Shown: positions 54,403-63,441 of the stretch, piece after piece
Position numbering within the stretch: position 1 is the stretch's first letter
Layout: each line of letters begins with the position of its first letter
From: a virus
Taxonomy: Duplodnaviria; Heunggongvirae; Uroviricota; Caudoviricetes
DNA: 64,000 bases
Virus record (IMG/VR): IMGVR_UViG_3300001765_000297
Reading direction: 5' to 3' (one strand)
Position numbers and translations under genes: made by a program
Notes under the pieces: model-generated
Databases searched by the model: none
Seen by the model: the letters and a program-made list of their open reading frames with translations, nothing else
Told to the model about the DNA's origin: nothing

Positions 54403-54567
54403 TTACACATTGAGATTACCATTTCCCCAATAGTAGAAAGGTATGAGAGCATGCCAGAATTTAACCTCTGTTTTCTTAAACATCGGATAACCCATTAGAT
54501 GAATAACTACAGTTATGTAGTAGATAAAAAGTATTAAAATAATAATACTGATAATAAATTGAAACAT
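54403..54567 (-). CDS. small TM peptide (54 aa) immediately upstream of SPFH gene
   Basis: MFQFIISIIILILFIYYITVVIHL; fills ORF-free gap. Confidence 0.3.
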   Translation of the reverse strand: MFQFIISIIILILFIYYITVVIHLMGYPMFKKTEVKFWHALIPFYYWGNGNLNV

Positions 54568-54585
54568 AATTTTAAAATTTAATTG

Positions 54586-54798
54586 TTAATGTTTATTTTG
54601 ACACAAATTTAATTTATTTTCTTCCAATTCAAAATCCTTTTCGAAAAAATCTACAATTTGATTAGTTTCGTTAAAACCATTTGATTTTCTGATTCTAACC
54701 AACCAACGACTTCCCCATAATAAATCTTGGAATTTTACGAGAGTTCCGGTTTCATTAAATGGTAGTTTTACTCTATCACCCCTTTTAAATTCGTTCAT
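54586..54798 (-). CDS. hypothetical protein
   Basis: ORF. Confidence 0.4.
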   Translation of the reverse strand: MNEFKRGDRVKLPFNETGTLVKFQDLLWGSRWLVRIRKSNGFNETNQIVDFFEKDFELEENKLNLCQNKH

Positions 54799-55133
54799 AA
54801 TTTAATTGCTTTAGCATTTTTTAAACTAAATTGACAATCATATAATTGATTTTTCAATATCTTAATTCTTCGTTCGGTACGCAAGATATAATTCTGCAAT
54901 GCTTCTTCTTTAGTCGGATAAGCATATCGTTTTCTCGAAGTTTTTGACACCCATCTTGAATAACTTCTAAGATTTTGGTAACTTTTGCCATAACCAATCC
55001 AATATCCTTTAGGTGTTTCTTTATGCAAGTTGAATTCCATGAGTTCGAGTTCAGGAATACTTATTTTTGGTGAAACATATTCATCATCACTCAAAACAGC
55101 GTATGTTCGTGCTTCGTATCTATAGAATTTCAT
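54795..55133 (-). CDS. hypothetical protein
   Basis: ORF. Confidence 0.45.
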   Translation of the reverse strand: MKFYRYEARTYAVLSDDEYVSPKISIPELELMEFNLHKETPKGYWIGYGKSYQNLRSYSRWVSKTSRKRYAYPTKEEALQNYILRTERRIKILKNQLYDCQFSLKNAKAIKL

Positions 55134-55435
55134 TAGTATTTTTTTATAAAGTAATAGTGAAACGTTCCTACGAACCCATATTTCTCTTCAATCGTTTTAG
55201 CTATTGTGATTTCATCAATCTCAGCTAATTCCGGAACAATATGCGGTTCACAGTTATTCACATCAATTGTTTTCAATACTTTACCAACAATTATGAAATC
55301 ACCACTACGTCCCGTAAAAATCCCTTGAAAGTCATCATCTTCCTTCAATACATCATCAATATTATTAATTGTGTTATCTTCTAAGTAATCCGCATATGAC
55401 AATAAAATGCCATACATAAAATATTGATTTTTCAT
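55133..55435 (-). CDS. hypothetical protein
   Basis: ORF. Confidence 0.45.
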   Translation of the reverse strand: MKNQYFMYGILLSYADYLEDNTINNIDDVLKEDDDFQGIFTGRSGDFIIVGKVLKTIDVNNCEPHIVPELAEIDEITIAKTIEEKYGFVGTFHYYFIKKY

Positions 55436-55466
55436 TTCTTTTACTTTAAAATTTCCGAAATATAGC

Positions 55467-55919
55467 TTAATATATTAATTGATATGCACCCCACATTAAT
55501 ATAATGTGTAATGAGTTATCGGTTACTGTATAAACAATAGATGTAAACCCACCTTCAAGCACATCATAACGATTAAGGGGTGCTCTTGCATCCATATCTT
55601 TTTTTGTTGGCATTGATTTCATTGACGGAACAATATCTTTATTGACATAATCTTTCATACCCTTACCTTTAACATATTGCATGTACTTTTCAGCCAGTGC
55701 AAATTTATCAATTGGAAAATGTGTGAAAAACACCACAACAAACCATATTAGGTCGAAGTTCCACATAAACAGACAGATTGCCCAAGTATAAATTAAACAA
55801 TGAAGTACAGCTGCACTCCAACCAATCCAAGTATTTTTGGATTTATTCATTGCCATCCATTCATTCTGTAGAAGATAGTCACCGAGTAAGTGACCTAATA
55901 TTAGTCTTTCGAATATCAT
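55467..55919 (-). CDS. membrane protein (DUF3307-like HLLGDYLLQ motif)
   Basis: multiple TM; motif recollection only. Confidence 0.45.
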   Translation of the reverse strand: MIFERLILGHLLGDYLLQNEWMAMNKSKNTWIGWSAAVLHCLIYTWAICLFMWNFDLIWFVVVFFTHFPIDKFALAEKYMQYVKGKGMKDYVNKDIVPSMKSMPTKKDMDARAPLNRYDVLEGGFTSIVYTVTDNSLHIILMWGAYQLIY

Positions 55920-56314
55920 TTGTATAATTCTTTAAGTTCTTCAAAAGTGGGTTGAGTGTTTTCAGGTACGAATATTTCAAAACCCTCATAAATTTCACGC
56001 TGAGTAAAGAGATAATTCGGGTCGCTAGTATCTACATATTTAAGTACAGGTTTTCCATCATCAGTTGTGTGAAGATATGCACTATCATATGGTGCACCAT
56101 CCATTATAAAATGGTCTACGCTTGATGATTGACTAAAAAACATTTCGCTATCAAGCAGAGTCTGAATGATGAATTTAGTTCTGTTCCACCAATCCTTTAC
56201 AAAATCACCGGTATCAAAGAATTTTTTCTCATTATTACCATAATGAAGTTCAACAGATTCATAGCCAAGGTTTTCATCATTACCTTCATCATAATTAATT
56301 GTTGTATATGCCAT
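55916..56314 (-). CDS. hypothetical protein
   Basis: ORF. Confidence 0.5.
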   Translation of the reverse strand: MAYTTINYDEGNDENLGYESVELHYGNNEKKFFDTGDFVKDWWNRTKFIIQTLLDSEMFFSQSSSVDHFIMDGAPYDSAYLHTTDDGKPVLKYVDTSDPNYLFTQREIYEGFEIFVPENTQPTFEELKELYK

Positions 56315-56326
56315 AACTTTATTTTT

Positions 56327-56791
56327 CTAAGTTTCTAAGTTATCAATCAAATTTTTACTACCATCTTTTTGCCCTGCCCAAATAGCATTTAGCTGCTCAG
56401 GACTGAATGTTCCCCAAGGAAATAATTCTCTGGCAAACACATCAATGGTAATTAGGGTATGGGGTTGAAGTTTATAATTGAGGTAGTATGCATACATTAC
56501 TGCATTACCTGCGGATTCCAATTGCATAGCAATCATTATTAAAGCACCTAATGATATGCGTAAACTTGTCAGTACTTCAAGTCTTTTAAGAAAAACCTGA
56601 ACCTGAAATGCTTCGAAAACTGGTTTAAAATGTTTATAGATTTCGGAGTCTTTACCAATAAAATTAAAGTCCGTATTATAAACAGGGTCTTTTGACAATA
56701 TCATTCCCATAAAGAATTTAGATTCATCTTCACTCATAGGAGTATTAGGCTGATTATCGTCAAATAACTTATGTAGTATTTCTTTGCTCAT
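56327..56791 (-). CDS. hypothetical protein
   Basis: ORF with promoter 56808-56837. Confidence 0.5.
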   Translation of the reverse strand: MSKEILHKLFDDNQPNTPMSEDESKFFMGMILSKDPVYNTDFNFIGKDSEIYKHFKPVFEAFQVQVFLKRLEVLTSLRISLGALIMIAMQLESAGNAVMYAYYLNYKLQPHTLITIDVFARELFPWGTFSPEQLNAIWAGQKDGSKNLIDNLET

Positions 56792-56807
56792 GATTATTAT
56801 TTTCGGA

Positions 56808-56837
56808 TTATACGAATATAAATTATATAATGTTACA
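56808..56837 (-). promoter_or_regulatory. phage promoter (minus) TTATACG-N17-GTTACA
   Basis: motif. Confidence 0.55.
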
Positions 56838-56857
56838 AAAATCCGGATAATTATTAA

Positions 56858-57406
56858 TTATCTTATTAAATTTATAAACCATTCATAATTCTCTTGTTCT
56901 TTATCACCCGTTGCATTATCGCAACGATAGAATTTTACATATAAGTCTAGAATACCCTCAATCAGTAATCCCTGAATGAGTAGATTTGCACGTGCATTAG
57001 CTTTATACCAATCACCACGCCTACCACCTGCCGACCAAGCATTATAAGCATCATCGTGACGTTCAATTACTTGAAGTACATCTGGACTTATTGGAAATTT
57101 TTCTGCAAATTTTCTGGCAATCCAACCATGATGGTTTTGACCTGTCTTCGGGAGATTCTGATTTACCTTATACTTAAAGGTGTCATGAAGTATTGCAATA
57201 ATTCTAAGGTCTTTGCGGTCTTCGTCATCACCATAGAACTTATCGATATTCTCTAGTACCTCTTTAATATGGTATATTACCTGACCTTCCGGATGACCAC
57301 TGCGTGGTTTACCGTGCATAGCACCACTAACAAAATCGGCATTGCCGACTATTGCCGTTTCAATGCCGTTTTCTGGTTTGATTATTGATTTGATTAAGTC
57401 TGTCAT
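56858..57406 (-). CDS. HD-domain phosphohydrolase
   Basis: H..H (SGHPEGQVIYH) and ILHD motifs; 4-nt overlap with kinase gene. Confidence 0.5.
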   Translation of the reverse strand: MTDLIKSIIKPENGIETAIVGNADFVSGAMHGKPRSGHPEGQVIYHIKEVLENIDKFYGDDEDRKDLRIIAILHDTFKYKVNQNLPKTGQNHHGWIARKFAEKFPISPDVLQVIERHDDAYNAWSAGGRRGDWYKANARANLLIQGLLIEGILDLYVKFYRCDNATGDKEQENYEWFINLIR

Positions 57407-57798
57407 AATTTTACGTCAAAACGTTCTCTCATTTTGTCAAGAGTAGGTGATGGGACACTATGAACATTTGAATTACCGTGACGGTTTTCAACAATTACGG
57501 AGAATACCTTATAACCAAACTGACGTGCTAAGTCCATGTATGGCTGTAATTCTCTTTCAGTCGTACTTGTGTTGGCAATAACGATACGTTCAGCTTGCTT
57601 CTTCATAAACCTTCTGCACTTACGCTGACACCAATCGTGTGCCTTACCAACCTTTTCGGCTTTCCAAACATATATGCCCTTGTGTGTGAAATAGTCATCA
57701 GCACAACAAATAGCTTTGCTTCCAAGTAATTCGGCAAACGAACTTTTGCCCGACCCTGGAATTCCACGTACTATAATAATTAATTTTTCCATACACAA
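57403..57798 (-). CDS. pnk: polynucleotide 5'-kinase (T4 Pnk kinase-domain homologue, no HAD phosphatase domain)
   Basis: IIVRGIPGSGKSSFAELL ~ T4 Pnk ILTIGCPGSGKSTWAREF; IVIANTSTTERELQPYMDLARQFGYKV ~ [27 protein letters not shown]. Confidence 0.7.
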   Translation of the reverse strand: MCMEKLIIIVRGIPGSGKSSFAELLGSKAICCADDYFTHKGIYVWKAEKVGKAHDWCQRKCRRFMKKQAERIVIANTSTTERELQPYMDLARQFGYKVFSVIVENRHGNSNVHSVPSPTLDKMRERFDVKL

Positions 57799-57827
57799 TT
57801 ATACGAAGAAAATTTAAATATGTTACA
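57799..57827 (-). promoter_or_regulatory. phage promoter (minus) TTATACG-N16-GTTACA
   Basis: motif. Confidence 0.55.
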
Positions 57828-57841
57828 AAAAAATAAACAAA

Positions 57842-58090
57842 TTAATTTTCCGGCAAATCAAATGAGTCGTTATACATTTCGACAATTTCTTGTGATGCCA
57901 TAAGTACTTGTATTTTATCGGCAATATCAACCAATCCAAATTCGGGGTCGGTTTTTATTTCTTCTTCAAAATCTAGAAACGCTTCTTCGGTTGGTGCTTG
58001 CCATAATCCGATAAAATGTAGAATTCGTACTGTATCATTTTCATCCGGAATTGGATTAATTGCAATAATCCCATGTGTGAATCTTCTCAT
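57842..58090 (-). CDS. hypothetical protein
   Basis: ORF. Confidence 0.4.
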   Translation of the reverse strand: MRRFTHGIIAINPIPDENDTVRILHFIGLWQAPTEEAFLDFEEEIKTDPEFGLVDIADKIQVLMASQEIVEMYNDSFDLPEN

Positions 58091-58117
58091 TTTAATCCAA
58101 TTTAGTTGTTATGTTAT

Positions 58118-58540
58118 TTATCGTATGACTCCGGATATTTTAACTGGTTTCCAATCAACACCCTTACTTGTAATGACAGTCATATTATCAACCGTAACAC
58201 CATGTATACCATCATACACACGTGAAAGATATGCTTTCTCGTTAGGTATAAATTTGGCATGTGCATTGGTTTCAAGTTCCTCATACCCACGTTTTCCTGA
58301 GCCAAGCATTTCGAAAACAACTATCATTTCCTCTTGCAGCTCATTACAGATTTCTTGTAGTGCCGGAGCATCTAAGGTTATATCCAAGTCACCATACCAG
58401 ACATTCTCACCGCTTGGAATGAAGATTTTTGCGTTAAACGATATATCATTATCGGGATTACGTCTACGGTAACCAGACTTAGAACCACTAATCATTCTAC
58501 CGTTGTGGAAACCTTTCTTTTCGAATGCATTTTTTTCCAT
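58118..58540 (-). CDS. hypothetical protein
   Basis: ORF. Confidence 0.5.
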   Translation of the reverse strand: MEKNAFEKKGFHNGRMISGSKSGYRRRNPDNDISFNAKIFIPSGENVWYGDLDITLDAPALQEICNELQEEMIVVFEMLGSGKRGYEELETNAHAKFIPNEKAYLSRVYDGIHGVTVDNMTVITSKGVDWKPVKISGVIR

Positions 58541-58541
58541 A

Positions 58542-60077
58542 CTATATGTTAATTTTTGTTGTTAATACCGTTGCACTTATCGAGGGTCTAGTTAATGCAA
58601 CATATTTTATTTGATTGCGTTCCTTTAATGACCAATTATCATTTATGTCGTTTTCCATTACAAAGACATGTGAATATGTGCTACCTTGTGATTTGTGACC
58701 GGTGATAGCGTAACCATAATCTAAGTCTTTGATAATAACATCCGCACTTATCTTATATGTACCGTTTCTGTTCTTATCAATGGTACGCATTAATATATTA
58801 TTACGTCTGAATCCATAATACTTATTCCACATCTTTTTATTGGACTTACCCATATCACGAAAGAAGTCATGAAGTTGTGCATATAGATGAAGATTTTCAT
58901 GGTCATTAACATTCACAATAAAAACATCTTGGAATTTAAATCTACCTTTTGCCAGGTTTTCCCTTAGTTTTACGTTATATCCGCTAATTCCAAATGTATT
59001 AACTTCCAATGGTGATTTCTCCATTACTTTATAGTCGGCAGAATTTTCAATAATATTATATCTTTGGTTCTCAGAACTAACACTTCGATAACCCATGAGT
59101 ACATCACCAACTTCAACAATATCGGTATTAGTTCCAAATAAGGCACTTCTAATCACCTGATTAGACATTATTACAGTATCATTACGCCATGCAATTACCT
59201 TTGCAAAATCCGTATCTTTTTTGAAATCCTCGGACATGAATTTATCGAGAATTGCTTTACGAAATTCCGGTTTACTAACAGTAAAGATAACGCCTTCCCC
59301 TAACTCGTTCATATTTGTCACACGTTCAAATCCACCATCAAGTCGAGTTAAATTATTTCTTAGTGCATCATAAATAAATGCAAGAGGATTGGTATCGTTC
59401 TGTCTTTCGATTTTAGTTAATTGATGAAATTCATTTGTTTCATTACTAAAAACAATACTTTCCTTTTCACCTACCGGTGGAATTTGGGCAGGGTCGCCCA
59501 TAAACAGTACTTTAGTTCTACTACCCTTAGTCTTTTCTAATATCATTTCATATAATTCCCTATTTATCATCGATGCTTCATCAATAATGACAAAATTATA
59601 ATCATTAATCTTAGCAATAGCAATTGGATTGAACTTAGGGTCATTAGGATTGAAATTATCGAGGTCTACATCGGGTCTTAGTCCTAATAATCCATGTAAG
59701 GTCTGACCTTCTTGACCCGTAGTATTCATTACCACCTTCTTAGCTTTGTGTGTTGGTGCACTAACAACAACTCCACCACGATAATTATCAAGAATCTTTT
59801 TAACAATTGTAGATTTTCCAGTTCCGGCATACCCAGCAAGCGTGAATATTGTGACTTTACTTTCTTTAAGCCAAGTCTTTATTTTAAGCAAACCATCTAA
59901 TTGTTCCTGATTAAATGTAATTATCTTACCACTTGGGAGTAATAGCTGATTATCTTCAACCATAACCTTTGGTTTTACATCAAACAAATCATCAAAACCC
60001 GAAACACTGTGATTATCACTCATAGATTTTTTCAGATTATCCTTAAGCATTTTCTTGAAATCTAATCCTTCACTCAT
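58542..60077 (-). CDS. dda: Dda-like SF1B DNA helicase
   Basis: GYAGTGKST (I), APTHKAKKV (Ia), IIDEASMI (II), GDPAQIPPV (III), C-term GHKSQGST..YVALTR. Confidence 0.85.
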   Translation of the reverse strand: MSEGLDFKKMLKDNLKKSMSDNHSVSGFDDLFDVKPKVMVEDNQLLLPSGKIITFNQEQLDGLLKIKTWLKESKVTIFTLAGYAGTGKSTIVKKILDNYRGGVVVSAPTHKAKKVVMNTTGQEGQTLHGLLGLRPDVDLDNFNPNDPKFNPIAIAKINDYNFVIIDEASMINRELYEMILEKTKGSRTKVLFMGDPAQIPPVGEKESIVFSNETNEFHQLTKIERQNDTNPLAFIYDALRNNLTRLDGGFERVTNMNELGEGVIFTVSKPEFRKAILDKFMSEDFKKDTDFAKVIAWRNDTVIMSNQVIRSALFGTNTDIVEVGDVLMGYRSVSSENQRYNIIENSADYKVMEKSPLEVNTFGISGYNVKLRENLAKGRFKFQDVFIVNVNDHENLHLYAQLHDFFRDMGKSNKKMWNKYYGFRRNNILMRTIDKNRNGTYKISADVIIKDLDYGYAITGHKSQGSTYSHVFVMENDINDNWSLKERNQIKYVALTRPSISATVLTTKINI

Positions 60078-60343
60078 TTCTTGTTATCATTAAGTAATTT
60101 GACCAAGGTTTCCAATACAGTTAAGTCTGTGAAGATAACAGAATCGGTGTAGTCAAAAAATTCTATGGTATAACTATCATCAACACATTCATCATTGGCA
60201 CAACTGATAAGGCATAGACTACCAATATCAAATATGAAGTAGTGAAATGCTTTATCACCACTTTCTTCAGCACTTACATTTTCTCTAACAAAACCCAGTT
60301 TTATCAGACTTTTTTCCGTTATTTTTTCTAAATGTTCTTTCAT
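60074..60343 (-). CDS. hypothetical protein
   Basis: ORF. Confidence 0.45.
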   Translation of the reverse strand: MKEHLEKITEKSLIKLGFVRENVSAEESGDKAFHYFIFDIGSLCLISCANDECVDDSYTIEFFDYTDSVIFTDLTVLETLVKLLNDNKK

Positions 60344-60927
60344 ATGTTATCAGTATATTTTTCATTAAAGTAATGCACAGCAGAAGCAATGGCAAATTCA
60401 TGATTAAATGCCCAATCACGTTCGATGTTATAGATGTTATAAAAATCAATTAATGGTAGCCATTTCACCAATGCAGTTTCCCTACAAGTAAATTTTTCAA
60501 TTTCTACTGGAAAATCTCCCATATTTCCTCTGAAGTCAAGCACTGTAAGATAAATATTTGAAATATTTTGTCTAACATTATCTTTAGGACTATCTTTAAC
60601 TATAAACGGCTGTTTGCTGTTGTCAAAGATATTATACTTACTGTAATTAGGAAGATATAAAGACGTTTCTTCATAGACTTCTCTAATCATTGCCTCATAA
60701 CGAGTTTCTTCCCAATCCAAATAGCCGCATGGTACACAGAACTTGTTAGGGGAATCATACATAGTATTTGACCTTTTAGTAATAAGTACCCTAATACCAT
60801 CATCTGCAATAGCCAATACAATACCATCAACAGAATTTGCTCGACTTACCCACACTCCAATTTGTTTATCACCATAATCGACAAGTACATGTTCGTTTGG
60901 TCTGTTTTTAAACTTTGGTATTTTCAT
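60340..60927 (-). CDS. NUDIX hydrolase
   Basis: Nudix box GYLDWEETRYEAMIREVYEETSL. Confidence 0.65.
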   Translation of the reverse strand: MKIPKFKNRPNEHVLVDYGDKQIGVWVSRANSVDGIVLAIADDGIRVLITKRSNTMYDSPNKFCVPCGYLDWEETRYEAMIREVYEETSLYLPNYSKYNIFDNSKQPFIVKDSPKDNVRQNISNIYLTVLDFRGNMGDFPVEIEKFTCRETALVKWLPLIDFYNIYNIERDWAFNHEFAIASAVHYFNEKYTDNI

Positions 60928-61444
60928 CGATTTTCTTTTGTAATGTTAATATTTTGTCTTTGCCCGACCATATGCGAAGGCAGCCTAATCTTGCTATCAT
61001 AAGCTGCTCAATAGTATTTAAACTTCTACTACCTTTAATTCGTTTAGCCTTGCGTTCAATTCTTGCATATGATTTATATATATTTTTTACGTCTTTATGA
61101 CAAGTTATAATACCTGCACCTTCAGGGACTAAAGGTAAACATTTTTCCAATAATTCAATTGGAAATGCATAATAAAATTCAGTAATTCTATTTTGTCTGT
61201 CACCATGAGTATGTCCCTTTTTAAAATCTGCCTTAAAATCAGAGAAACTACGTTTAATTTCAATTTCTTTTAAACATCCAGATTTGGTGATAACTACTAG
61301 GTCTGCTTCATGTGAAAGAAATCCCCAAGATATATTTGGTACTATTATGTGTTGTCTGATTCCAAACATTTTGGAAATAGCCAACTCCATTTCAATTAAA
61401 CTAATTGTTTTCTGCTTGGGTTTTGTCGTTTTTCGTAATGTCAA
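60908..61444 (-). CDS. PD-(D/E)XK nuclease-fold protein (MmcB-like?)
   Basis: HEADLVVI..EIKRS arrangement. Confidence 0.4.
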   Translation of the reverse strand: MTLRKTTKPKQKTISLIEMELAISKMFGIRQHIIVPNISWGFLSHEADLVVITKSGCLKEIEIKRSFSDFKADFKKGHTHGDRQNRITEFYYAFPIELLEKCLPLVPEGAGIITCHKDVKNIYKSYARIERKAKRIKGSRSLNTIEQLMIARLGCLRIWSGKDKILTLQKKIDENTKV

Positions 61445-61685
61445 TGTGCAATTGTTTTGTCTCTAAAGTTATTTTTACACTATTAACTAGTGCTATTTCA
61501 CGTTCAAAATAATTTTGATAAAAATTACTATACATATTAGCACGACTTCCATAATCAAGAAGTTCATTTTCTAATTGTAGTTCAACATTAAAACCCTTTT
61601 CCTTTAGAAATTGCTCAATCATCAACATAATTGGAGTTTTTCCCGTTCCTGCTTGTCCTGAGATAGTAATGTGTACGTCTTTCAT
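61401..61685 (-). CDS. small P-loop NTPase (GQAGTGKT)
   Basis: Walker A. Confidence 0.45.
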   Translation of the reverse strand: MKDVHITISGQAGTGKTPIMLMIEQFLKEKGFNVELQLENELLDYGSRANMYSNFYQNYFEREIALVNSVKITLETKQLHIDITKNDKTQAENN

Positions 61686-62191
61686 TTTCTCTTATATTTA
61701 ATTATTTTATACGAATCACCTAATATGCTTTTCTTCCAATCGCTGTCATTGGTAGCTTCAAAGTTAGTAAATAATTTGACAATCGGAAATCTTTTATTGC
61801 CATCCGGATAAGTTTTATCAACCCAAGTAATAATTGCTTCATCACAACTATCAATTAATAAGTCGTATATACTCGAACCACCAGCAACATAAACTTTTTC
61901 TAAATCGCAATTCACATTATATATTAACGACAATATTGTGTCAATACTACTAAATTGATATTTATGAATATTATGGTCATTGATATATTTACTACCACTT
62001 AATACAATATATTCTCTACCTAGAAGTGCTTTAGGTGGCAAACCCAAATATGTTGCTCTTCCCACAATTAGTATGTGACCCATTGTGGTATTCTTGAAAT
62101 GCGTAAAATCTTCGGGTATATACCAAGGTATTTTATCGTCAATGCCTATAACACCGTCAACACTTACTGCCGAAATTGCAATTAATTTCAT
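61682..62191 (-). CDS. frd: dihydrofolate reductase
   Basis: aligns along length to FolA: IPW, FK..T, GR.TY, LP.R...VLS, VAGGSSIY. Confidence 0.85.
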   Translation of the reverse strand: MKLIAISAVSVDGVIGIDDKIPWYIPEDFTHFKNTTMGHILIVGRATYLGLPPKALLGREYIVLSGSKYINDHNIHKYQFSSIDTILSLIYNVNCDLEKVYVAGGSSIYDLLIDSCDEAIITWVDKTYPDGNKRFPIVKLFTNFEATNDSDWKKSILGDSYKIIKYKRK

Positions 62192-62198
62192 AATTTCT

Positions 62199-62531
62199 CT
62201 AAATTTTTCTTATTTCTAGTGTATCTATTGCTAGTTTAATTATAATGTCAATTTCACTATTGAAAAAATATATATAATATTTATCGTAAATCCATTTTTC
62301 TTTTTCACTTCCAATTTTAATTTTTTCCTTTGGATAACCAATTATATTTATCGTTTCTTTAGGTGTTAAACCACTTTTAATTATTTTTGGTTCATAAATT
62401 ATATTGGCTTTAAATTCTGACGTGTCATTCGGTGAAATAATATTAACACCTGCAGTGCTTTGAATTGAATTATGTTGACACATAGCATCTAATAGAAATA
62501 TATTTAATATTAATAAAAGAAATATTTTCAC
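62199..62531 (-). CDS. secreted/lipoprotein-like small protein
   Basis: signal peptide MKIFLLLILNIFLLDAMC. Confidence 0.45.
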   Translation of the reverse strand: MKIFLLLILNIFLLDAMCQHNSIQSTAGVNIISPNDTSEFKANIIYEPKIIKSGLTPKETINIIGYPKEKIKIGSEKEKWIYDKYYIYFFNSEIDIIIKLAIDTLEIRKI

Positions 62532-62545
62532 AGTTTTTCTTATTT

Positions 62546-63154
62546 TTATGCCAGTTTCTTATCTTTAATTAATTCCCTTAAGAATACATTTTTAACACCA
62601 CCAATGAATCTTACCCATTCTTTATAGTATTCAGGAAAGTTTTCTTGATGCCATTCCTTAGTCTGCATTTTAAGCATTACATAATTTGCTTCGGGAACAT
62701 CTTTCCGTACATCAGGATACATTTTCACATCAAAAATGTAATCAATAAAGTCTGGATAATCTTTTCTTTTAAATACACGTTCGTCACAAATGAAACACAA
62801 TGCAGTTAATGCATTATTCAAATCGGGTTCGTGAAAATAAGCAAATTCAATATCATTTTCTTGTAATTGGTCACCAATTTGATTTAAACTGCCTACGGGA
62901 ATCGTTTCAAAATTGCGTTCATCATTGGTAGTGCCGCCATTGAGTATTACCCACGTTTCCCATTGTTCTAGAAAATCCCAGATTATATGTTGGGGGTCAT
63001 GTCTTCCATATCCTAAACAATAACGACCCAAAGCATGTCCTGCCTGGATTCCTTGTTGAATTGGTGAAATGTTGTATGGAACAAAGAAAAACATTCTGAG
63101 TTCTAATGGCTCTGTATTGCCTTGGTCTGTCATTTTAATCTCTCCATCTATCAT
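62546..63154 (-). CDS. hypothetical protein; N-terminal third weakly PTH2-like (peptidyl-tRNA hydrolase)
   Basis: FFFVPYNISPIQQGIQAGHAL vs PTH2 VVRxDLxMxxGKxAAQxxHAA; low confidence. Confidence 0.45.
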   Translation of the reverse strand: MIDGEIKMTDQGNTEPLELRMFFFVPYNISPIQQGIQAGHALGRYCLGYGRHDPQHIIWDFLEQWETWVILNGGTTNDERNFETIPVGSLNQIGDQLQENDIEFAYFHEPDLNNALTALCFICDERVFKRKDYPDFIDYIFDVKMYPDVRKDVPEANYVMLKMQTKEWHQENFPEYYKEWVRFIGGVKNVFLRELIKDKKLA

Positions 63155-63441
63155 AATCTTCTAAATAATTTAATTTTATTTGTTTTAGTTCTGTAAGAAT
63201 TTTGATACAGTATCACACCTATTTCACACTGGAAAATCTCAGCATTACCATATCGTTTCTCATAATACTTCTTCAATGCACGTGCAGAACTAAGTCTTTC
63301 ACAACACCAAATGCCTCCACTATCCTGTTTTCCAGTATCAGGGTCAGGTTCATATGCCCATTCACCGATACTGAATTGCATGATATTGGGATTCCTTCTG
63401 AGTCCCAAGGACTTTAGGTCTTGTGTTACTACCTTATACAT
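63151..63441 (-). CDS. hypothetical protein
   Basis: ORF. Confidence 0.45.
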   Translation of the reverse strand: MYKVVTQDLKSLGLRRNPNIMQFSIGEWAYEPDPDTGKQDSGGIWCCERLSSARALKKYYEKRYGNAEIFQCEIGVILYQNSYRTKTNKIKLFRRL

